Shown: positions 56,092 to 64,000 of the stretch, piece by piece
Layout: each line of letters begins with the position of its first letter
Position numbering within the stretch: position 1 is the stretch's first letter
Assembly (NCBI GenBank): GCA_036867785.1
Contig: CP145423.1
Coordinates: 372,001 to 436,000 of the forward strand
From: Plasmodiophora brassicae
Lineage: Eukaryota
DNA: 64,000 nucleotides
Reading direction: 5' to 3'
The notes under the pieces: generated by a model
What the model saw: the letters and a program-made list of their open reading frames with translations, nothing else
Told to the model about the DNA's origin: nothing
Databases searched by the model: none
Translations under genes and position numbers: made by a program

Positions 56092-56984
56092 CTAACTGAC
56101 ATTAACAACAACCTGCATTGTCAACTCTGTAAACCCCACTGTGGGAATTGGCTCGCTGGGCATGTAACCGCAACGTTCGCGCATTCTGCAATATCTCAAT
56201 CTTTCGACGTAGGAGTCCCATGGACTCCTCCTGCTTTTTGTCTTAGGCCTGCCTGGCCAGGTCAAAGTTTAATCGCAGCTTTGTACCGAATGCCCACACC
56301 GTTCGCCGATGTGCTCAACATGGTCGTCGATCTGGAGACGCGCCTCGCGCGGTAGTCAGCTTCATGGTGATCGTCCATTACACGTGATCAACACCCGGTC
56401 GCACGCGTGCCCACCTTGCCGGTCGTCTTGGCGACCACGTCCTGCATTGCTTCGAGACTTACTGCCGGAACAATGCCGACCAGCCTCCGATACCCGTTCT
56501 TCCTTGGGCGATCTCACGCCTGAACACCTGACCGGCCAGGCACAGCTCCTCATGCTTGGCCGCGATCCGTCTTTGGTTCGCGCGTTTGCCGAACTAGGCG
56601 TACATGGTTGACGACATGTGACTCTCGGGCGCGCAATGGACGATCGCATTCTGCAGGCCTATACGCCCGTTCGTACCCGATTACGTCGATGTATCGACCA
56701 TATGGCGAGAGTCGCCCGTCAGGTTCGGGAGTTTGTGTCAACACAGTCACGTTTGTCAGTGGGGTGGCGGTCCAGCGAGACCGTTTGACGTTTATGGGAA
56801 ATGGCTCGTACGCGCTGGCTGGGAGGTCGATGCCATTGCACCTTCGACAGCGCCAGGACGACTAGAAAGGACAGTGTGCACATTGCCGCTGAAACACAGA
56901 ATGGACTCGCAGGGTCGTCGAACACACGACACCAAGCGGGGCTGCAGGAACACATATTGGAAGCTGTTTACCGTTCGTAAGGCG

Positions 56985-58467
56985 TTACTGAATGCGTCGT
57001 CCCGGCGGCCGCATCACTGTTGACGAATTGACGACCGGGTGCGTTCGACATGGACGAACGGGCCGGAACATGACGACGCGGAACGCGCTGTCGAGGGCGC
57101 GCCCTGTGAGGAACATGGCCCAGGACAGGGTCCACCCGGCCGGGCTCCACAGGAACGAATGCGAGATGCTCATCAGGGCGAACGCAGTGGACACCATCAG
57201 CATCGACGAGCCGAGGCCCAGCGTGCATCGCGACAGCCGCTGCTGGATGTCTTTGGATGAGGCGGGCCGCTCCGGTTCGTTGTTGAGCCGGGCCGCCAGG
57301 TAGTAGAAACGCAGGGCGCTGACGACGAGGTGCGTGCCGGTGACGATCTGCAGAACGAGGAGGACGCCGGCGGCCACCGTCTGGAACGTGAAATTGTCGT
57401 CGCCCATCGACAGCATCGTCGACAGGACCGTGTCGATGACGACGGCCACGGCGCAGAGGAAGGCGACCAGCGACGGGTACTCGCCGCAGAGCGCCCGGGT
57501 CGCCCAGGACGGCGACGAGCGCAGCGAGACGTGCAGGAAGGTCCTGTTCCAGGTGATGGCCGACATGGTCGAGCAGACGAACCCCCAACCCGTCAGGCAC
57601 GTCGTGAAGAAGTACTGGACGGGGCCGGCCACGTTCGACGTCGAATACCACCCGCCGGCGCAGACGATGCCGCCGACCAGCGTCGCTGTGACCGACTCGA
57701 CGAACAGCGTCGCCACCGGGTAGTCGACGCGTTGCAGGAGGAACCCGACCCGGCGCCGGACCCCTCGGGAACCCCATGGGACGGCCGCCTCGTACTCCGC
57801 TTGGGCAATCGCCAGGTGCCCGTGCAGGAACACGACCGCCGACACGCCCGTGACGACCAGGATCGCCCCGGGAATGCCTCGGACGAACACCTGGTAGTAC
57901 CAGGACGCGAACACGTCCACCCAGACGTTCGCGTCCGGCGACGCCGTCGCTGTGGCGTTCGCCGACCGGATCAGGTCGGCGTAGACAGGTTCGGCCATGC
58001 CGACCTCCAGGAACAGGCCGCCCTGTGGGTGCGCCGCGTTCAGGAACAGGTTCGTCTGCGTGCCCGGGACGCCATGCGCGCGTATTCCTGTCAGGCAGGG
58101 TCAGCGCGGACGCAGGGAGGCACACACCGGCGACGTCGACCGTACGCAGGACAGCGGAGGCGCCACCCTTGACGATGTTGAGGTAGGCGTGCGACATCAG
58201 GCAGAAGCCGTAGCCGTTGGCGCCAAGGACGACGATCTTGCCGGTGAACTCGTCCCGGGCGCTCAGGCCCGGGTCGCAATAGTCGCCGGTGACGAACGCC
58301 AGCCGCCCTGACACCGTCGCCGACGCCGGGTCACCCGGTTGCGGCCCCAGGAACCTGTTCACCGGCGGGCTGTAGAACGTCAGGTTGCGGTCGCCGACCT
58401 GAACCGTGACGGACGCATGGGCGAACGTTGCCCCGAGGCACCACCACAGCGGGACCCAGCGCCGCAT
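56985..58467 (-). CDS. Signal peptide + PA-like ectodomain + multi-pass (GPCR-like) membrane protein, 2 exons
   Basis: MRRWVPLWWCLGATFAHA; GDYCDP..FTGKIVVL..GGASAVL; intron ~58126-58088 joins to the 56985-57998 frame with about 7 TMs. Confidence 0.75.
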
Positions 58468-58735
58468 CACGAAACTGGCCAAGGTACGGGTGACGATCAT
58501 GGGCAGGTCACGAGGACACATGTGGAGGAGATATGTCGGGCCAGCATCGTCGTGCGTTCGCTGATTCCCAAAGACGTCATCTTCAAGGAGGCGTGTGCCA
58601 GTGCTGGAGTGAACAGGTCCCTGACCGCTGTTATGTGAATGCAGATGACGAAACCATCGTGAGTCATGTCGCAGGCAGTGATTCACTGCTGGCCGGATCC
58701 GGTGGCGATCAAACGCCAAGAAATACGTCCGGACC

Positions 58736-59248
58736 ATGTCGTCGTCGTTCCTGATCGTTGTGCTCGTTGCTTCTCTGATGTCCGCCTCGTGTGTGGTAAA
58801 TTCGCAAGCGGTACAGGAGGAACAGGTTGGGACACCGGCGCCGGTGCAGAACGCGCCCATCAGGCAGACCGCCCAGCAGCAGCAGAGTACGGCCAGCCTG
58901 GGCCAGAGGCGGAACTCGCAGACGCACACGACCAGCGTGCTGACGCAGAACAAACAGGTCCAGGCCGAGAATTCCAACGACACAGCCGCCCAGCGACAAG
59001 AGCAGCAGGCCGCCCAACAGCAGGCGGTCGCCCAGGCCAAACAGAAGCGGAGCGATATCCTGGCGACGACGCAAACGATCAAGGCCCAGAGCCCACAGCG
59101 CCCAGGTGGCCAGCTGACACGTCCGGCACCAGCGCCAACGACGCAACCAATGGTCAACATAACGACCGCGCAGACGATTCGAACGCGGGCGGACACCCTT
59201 CGCAAGCGAATGCAATCGCCAATGACATCGTCAATGTTCTGGAAATAA
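58736..59248 (+). CDS. Secreted Gln/Thr-rich protein
   Basis: Signal MSSSFLIVVLVASLMSASC followed by a Q-rich body. Confidence 0.7.
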   Translation: MSSSFLIVVLVASLMSASCVVNSQAVQEEQVGTPAPVQNAPIRQTAQQQQSTASLGQRRNSQTHTTSVLTQNKQVQAENSNDTAAQRQEQQAAQQQAVAQAKQKRSDILATTQTIKAQSPQRPGGQLTRPAPAPTTQPMVNITTAQTIRTRADTLRKRMQSPMTSSMFWK

Positions 59249-59309
59249 ACACACCGACGGGATCAACTGGAGTAGTATAATCAAATACGCTAACCGGAGG
59301 GCGTACGCG

Positions 59310-61943
59310 CTATGAGATCGGCGGTGCCGAATGCAGACGAACGCCCTTCTCGCCCATGAGCGTAACGAGCTCGAGCAGCGCGATCGACGACAGGTGCTGG
59401 CTGCTGCCGGGAGCGGCCAGCATGGGCGGGATCGTATCAATCCAGATCGTACGCGACCACGGGCAATGTGCAAACGCGCGGTACAGAACCTTCTTCGCAG
59501 ACAGCACGTCGCCTCGCACCAACTCGAACGCGATATCTGCCAGAAACAGGTACCGTGTTAGTGCATGCAGGCCCACAGGGACAGGAATCGCCGACGTACA
59601 TATTCGCCATAGAAGGACAATGCCTCGACCGGGTCCGGACAGGCCCTGCTCGAGAAGTCGGTGGACACGCGCCGCCGCCCCCGCTGATGGACGGGCGATC
59701 TCGAACGCGATCGCGTACAGGAGAACGCGAACGGGGCCGTCGTAGAGCCCATCGCCCGCCATCCGAGCAATGTGCGTGTCGAACACGCCCCGCATGACGT
59801 TCGTCTGGGGGACGCAGCTGGCCAGCGCCTGCCAGAGCGTTTGCGACAGCGGGCAGGCCGCGAGGGCCCGATCCAGTACGGGACGGAGAGTTCGCGGAGG
59901 GGCCTTGATAGACGTCAGGAGCCGGACAATGCATGCCCAGGCATACTCCCGCTGTGGGCCACCAGGCGGCGGGAGGATCGGTTCCAGAACGCCGGTGATC
60001 CAGGCGACCATGTCGTCGACGCTGTTCGCGCAGATGGCCTCCAGGTGCATGGCGCCGAGCGAAACGCTCAGACCCGGACTGCACGGGTAGATCGAGGCCA
60101 CAGGACGATGCCACCACCCGGAGTCGTCGCCGAGTCGTCCCATGAGCTTGGTGAACTCCTTCCGAGCCCGGGCGAGTTGGACGGAGGTGACGTCGCCCGA
60201 TGACGGCGGGGGCGCGTACCGGCCGTCGGCGATGCAACACAGAAGATGACGAGGGTCGCCGGAACGCGCGATCTGATGTTCCGCAGCAGCCCAGGCAAGC
60301 GAATACGTGGAGAACGTCCATGGGCTGTCCGACATTTGTAGCAGGACGGCGCTGTACACGGCGTCGGCTCCAGACGGATTCGCCAGCCCTTGCAGGTCGG
60401 CCAGCGCCTTGCACAGCTCGACGCTGTCTCGGTTGGCCTTCAGCAACTGCTTCGCAGACCGGGCAGCGGCCTTGACACCGCGCTCGGCGCATTCAATCGC
60501 GAGCCGAGTGATGCGAAGCGCATCGCTGATGTCGCCGGGCAGCCCGACAGACAAGACGGCGTCGATTGCAGATAAAGCAAAGGCGCACCTTGCAGAACGC
60601 GAACTGGATGGTACGGGATCGTTGCGGAACCCCTCGGGAGCGGTAGACCCGGTGGAACGGTCGAAGACGGGGCGCTCAGTGTCGAACAGCTGTCGGAAAT
60701 CGCAGAGCCGGAAATCGTCGCTTCGAGGAACGATACGGGACCGAGTCAGCAGCCGCTCGTCGATCCCGACCGCCAGCAGCAGCTCATCGACGAGGTGGAC
60801 GGCGCATTCGACCGGCGGGCAGTCGAACAGGACGAAGCGGAGGTCGTCAAAGACGACAATGCGGTCCAGCATGGACTCGTCGTCGGTGTCGGCGTGGCGG
60901 ACCGGGAGCCACCGTTCCGTTCCGAGCCGGGATTCCACCTCAAACCATTCGGCGAGCGTAGACGATGCCGACGGCAACCGCGCGCCGTCGTCAGCGACGC
61001 TGTCGGCGTTGTCCGCCTGCGATTCGAACCATCGGGACCACGTCGGCGCATTCGGTTCGCCGACTCGAGGGACCTCGCTTTCCCAGAACCGTTCGAACGC
61101 GTCGGTGCGGTCGCGAAGGGGCGCGCTTCGAAGCGGCGCGGGGCAGAACAGACTGAACTCGATGGCGGCCTGGCAGAACGCGGTCGAGCGCTCCGTGTAC
61201 CCAGCGCCCCGTTCGACCCATGTCCACAGCGACAGCAGGTGCAGCATGGGCGCATGGTCGGCGAGGCGCTCGAGGAGGCCGGCCAGGTATTCCCTCAGGC
61301 CGTTCATCGTGAACGTCGAGAACGACCCGATCATCGAACGAACGTGCTGCTCCTGGAGCAGCGCGGACGGCGCCGCCTGCAGCGCCTCCTGCCAGACCCG
61401 GTCGACATCGCCGCCCGGCAGGTGCTGAGCGCTCGAGCGAATCAGCGCCAGCCAGAGGACGTCGGACGCGGGATTGGCGCGAACCGCTTCCGTCAGGATC
61501 GACGTCTTCTTCTCCACCCGTGCGGCTCGCGTGCAACCGGTCACGGCGTCTTGGAGTTTCACCAGCTCCCACCACGCGCCAATGTTGTCCGGTTCGCGAC
61601 GAAGCGTCGCGTTCAGCTCACGCGATTTCTCCATCCAATCCCGTTCTTCGTCGTCGACGCCATCGTCGTCGTCGTGATCCGCCCCCGCAACCGGAATGAA
61701 ATCGTCCCTGCCGGCATCGACCGGGCGCCGGCGCCGCTTGCCGACGCTCTTCGGCAGCGCCGTGAAGTACCGGCGCAGCGGCGCGGCGTCGTCCCGCGCG
61801 CCGACCCGTCCACCACGATCGGCACGTGCGCCGCCCCGATACCGGGCGTGCACCGTGTACGCCGGCGTCGACGCGCGATCCGACTGCTGGAGCTCGGCAT
61901 TTTCCGGGTCGCCGCGCACGTCGACGATGAAGGCGTCCGCCAT
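59310..61943 (-). CDS. NRDE2: NRDE2-like HAT-repeat nuclear RNA factor
   Basis: DVRGDPENA; ELNATLRREPDNIGAWWELVKLQD; GYTERSTAFCQAAIEF; FERFWESEVPRVGEPNAPTW; LYRAFAHCPWSRTIW; LMGEKGVRL. Confidence 0.9.
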   Translation of the reverse strand: MADAFIVDVRGDPENAELQQSDRASTPAYTVHARYRGGARADRGGRVGARDDAAPLRRYFTALPKSVGKRRRRPVDAGRDDFIPVAGADHDDDDGVDDEERDWMEKSRELNATLRREPDNIGAWWELVKLQDAVTGCTRAARVEKKTSILTEAVRANPASDVLWLALIRSSAQHLPGGDVDRVWQEALQAAPSALLQEQHVRSMIGSFSTFTMNGLREYLAGLLERLADHAPMLHLLSLWTWVERGAGYTERSTAFCQAAIEFSLFCPAPLRSAPLRDRTDAFERFWESEVPRVGEPNAPTWSRWFESQADNADSVADDGARLPSASSTLAEWFEVESRLGTERWLPVRHADTDDESMLDRIVVFDDLRFVLFDCPPVECAVHLVDELLLAVGIDERLLTRSRIVPRSDDFRLCDFRQLFDTERPVFDRSTGSTAPEGFRNDPVPSSSRSARCAFALSAIDAVLSVGLPGDISDALRITRLAIECAERGVKAAARSAKQLLKANRDSVELCKALADLQGLANPSGADAVYSAVLLQMSDSPWTFSTYSLAWAAAEHQIARSGDPRHLLCCIADGRYAPPPSSGDVTSVQLARARKEFTKLMGRLGDDSGWWHRPVASIYPCSPGLSVSLGAMHLEAICANSVDDMVAWITGVLEPILPPPGGPQREYAWACIVRLLTSIKAPPRTLRPVLDRALAACPLSQTLWQALASCVPQTNVMRGVFDTHIARMAGDGLYDGPVRVLLYAIAFEIARPSAGAAARVHRLLEQGLSGPGRGIVLLWRICTSAIPVPVGLHALTRYLFLADIAFELVRGDVLSAKKVLYRAFAHCPWSRTIWIDTIPPMLAAPGSSQHLSSIALLELVTLMGEKGVRLHSAPPIS

Positions 61944-62019
61944 CGACGCCCGCCGCGACTGCGCGGAGCTGCAGCAACGATGTCCGAACGACAGGTCAAC
62001 GGTCGCCGTTGTGTGGGTT

Positions 62020-62910
62020 TTAGGTCACCCGTTTCTTCATTTTGTATTGGGGATGTGATTGCGAACGTTCGCGCCCGTGCTGGAGGACCGCGTCGACGAC
62101 GAGGTCGGCGCCCTCGACCCAATATAATAGTTTGGCGTACCACGGGACATCGTGCAGGCCTCTGGAGATCGGGTACTCGTTCTGGATGATGACCCAGGTG
62201 AGGCCGTAGATGGCGGCCGTCATCAGCGACAGCATGAAGGCGAGTACGACGTCGACCGTGTAGTGCAGACGGGTGGCGACGAAGAAGACGACGCAGACGA
62301 GCAGGACGACGGTGCCGGTGACCTTGATGGACCAGTGGACGCGGTCGTGCGTGATCCACACGGCCCAGAGCGAGACGACGGTGGCGGTGTGCCCCGAGAA
62401 GATCATATCGGTGCAGGCGCCGTCCATCGACGCCACCATCCGCATCGCCGCGATAATCATCGACCCCCTCTGGATGTACCGCAGGTCGCATTTCGGGTCG
62501 GACGGCGGCAAACGGGTGCCCAACAGCGTCAACGTCCTCATGACGTACAGCGCGATCTGGAGAACCGAGAACCGTCTCACCAATCGCAAGCGGTCGGCCG
62601 GGTCAACCATGGCGGAGATCGCCGTCGTCATGGCCAGCAGCAGCCAGAGCGGGGCATCCGCGAAACTGACCGGCAGCTCGGTCGGCAGCGACGCGTGGCC
62701 CAGGTCGTGCAGCGGACGTCGATACGGCGTCTGCGTGTCCCGCGACTGTACATACGCGAGGAAGTCGGCGTCGGAATCGACCTGGACCAAGGCCATGACA
62801 AAGACGACAACGACGGTGACGGCGAACAGCGCCAGGGTGCGCAGGCTCCGCGATCTGATCGGGAGCGACGCCGTCGCGCGCAACGATTCGCGCGTCGTAC
62901 CGGGCGCCAT
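62020..62910 (-). CDS. Sphingomyelin/IPC synthase family (PAP2_C); start may be upstream
   Basis: PLHDLGH, CTDMIFSGHT and RLHYTVDVVLA catalytic motifs. Confidence 0.9.
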   Translation of the reverse strand: MAPGTTRESLRATASLPIRSRSLRTLALFAVTVVVVFVMALVQVDSDADFLAYVQSRDTQTPYRRPLHDLGHASLPTELPVSFADAPLWLLLAMTTAISAMVDPADRLRLVRRFSVLQIALYVMRTLTLLGTRLPPSDPKCDLRYIQRGSMIIAAMRMVASMDGACTDMIFSGHTATVVSLWAVWITHDRVHWSIKVTGTVVLLVCVVFFVATRLHYTVDVVLAFMLSLMTAAIYGLTWVIIQNEYPISRGLHDVPWYAKLLYWVEGADLVVDAVLQHGRERSQSHPQYKMKKRVT

Positions 62911-63138
62911 GATCGCGCCTGCGAGCCCTGTGACGGCGGACGGCAGCGCCGCCTGAAACAATCGACGTCGTTTCAAAAACGACATCAATTTTCGGGGGCG
63001 CGCTACGATGGGATTGGACACGGTCACCACGCGCGCGCTGCGCAGTCGCCAGATCGGGACCCCGCGCAAGACTGATACAGCTCACAAGGTCGCGCGCACG
63101 TATGATCGTCATCGTCCCCCGTGACATTATTACGAACC

Positions 63139-64000
63139 TCATTCATGATGTACAATGCGTTCAACGCAGGCAGGGTGGGTGGAGTGGCAGACGAAGCCGA
63201 TGACGCAGAGGTCCTCGATGGCCTGGACGAATCGCGCCTTGACCTCGTCCGGGCTGCCGTGCTGCATGACCTTGAACTTGGAGAAGAGCTGGCCCATGTG
63301 GACGGTGATGGCGTGCGCCTCGCGGATGAACCCCCAGACGACGGCGATGTCGCTGTCGGGACATGCTCTGAACTTGGCGAGCGCGTTCCGCTCCAGGCTA
63401 CCTGGGAACAGCTACAGATAGCAACAGATCAGACGCCAATCGCGAGGGCAGCGTCACCCTGCCGGACCTGCTGAAATGCGGAGACGTCGTCGAAGAAGAA
63501 CCGGTTATGGAACTGCTTGCAGGCCTCAGGTATCGGTCGCAGTCGCTCAGCGATCATGTTCTTCAGCAGGCCGACGACGCGAACGGCCTCGCGTTTCACC
63601 GACTCCTGTTTCAGCAAGCTGCTGCCCAGCGACGACTGCGTCGTGAACAACCTCCTAATACAGAACGCACGTGTTAGAGGGTAGTGCCATTGAGAGGCAG
63701 ATGAGCACGCGCAACGCTGACTTTGACTGTCGCCCGAACTTCTGGGACATCCGGCCAACTAGATCGGCATCGGCTTGCCCGTCCGTGCCCGGGTTCTCCA
63801 CCCGGAACAGGACTTGCTGAAGTTGATCGGCCAGGTCGACTGTCTCCGGAGCGATCGCCAACAGCTCCGTCCAGGGCCTCACAATGGTCGTCAACCGCAG
63901 GGCCTTGTCGACCGATTCCACAGACTTGAAGAACGAGTCCAGAATAGGAGTGCTTGCCGACCCATTGGCAAGCTCGCCGTACAGGTCCAGGAGCAATGAC
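63139..64000 (-). CDS. ORC3: Origin recognition complex subunit 3, 3' part
   Basis: Manual last-exon translation PDSDIAVVWGFIRE..KARFVQAIEDLCVIGFV..CVERI fits the ORC3 winged helix; upstream FHNRFFFDD. Confidence 0.75.

Noticed and set aside
56968-59205. 745-aa minus ORF
   Set aside because: Chimera of the antisense of the Q-rich gene, exon 1 of the PA-7TM gene and an off-frame tail.
60307-63075. Long plus-strand ORFs opposite NRDE2 and the SMS gene
   Set aside because: Antisense shadows expected from high GC3; no motifs.
1-64000. tRNA/rRNA genes or a prokaryotic operon/defence system
   Set aside because: None recognised; spliceosomal introns and eukaryote-specific genes occur throughout.

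Overview
Gene-dense, GC-rich eukaryotic DNA with many short (~40-70 nt) GT-AG introns. The gene style (secreted ankyrin and U-box proteins, PA-domain 7TM protein, chitin-deacetylase-like protein) resembles a phytomyxid protist such as Plasmodiophora, but this is inference only. Housekeeping genes: ARL2, NEO1/ATP9 flippase, Gemin2, SLC35B1/HUT1, NRDE2, an SMS/IPC synthase, ORC3 (3' part), and bZIP and C2H2 factors. Two decayed-repeat zones (9.1-13.3 kb, 27.5-32.5 kb) carry Ty3/Gypsy remnants, a TIR/TSD-bounded MITE and several fold-back palindromes. The two strongest findings sit head-to-head at ~44.4 kb. (1) An intronless, probably mitochondrial PPR protein with a plant-type DYW cytidine-deaminase domain, a candidate organellar RNA-editing factor outside plants. 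(2) A ~10.8 kb myosin gene whose motor and IQ motif splice into a very long ARM-like tail ending in a PH-like domain, resembling a myosin fused to a GAC-like connector. All family calls come from motif recognition by eye; no searches were run and exon boundaries are approximate.
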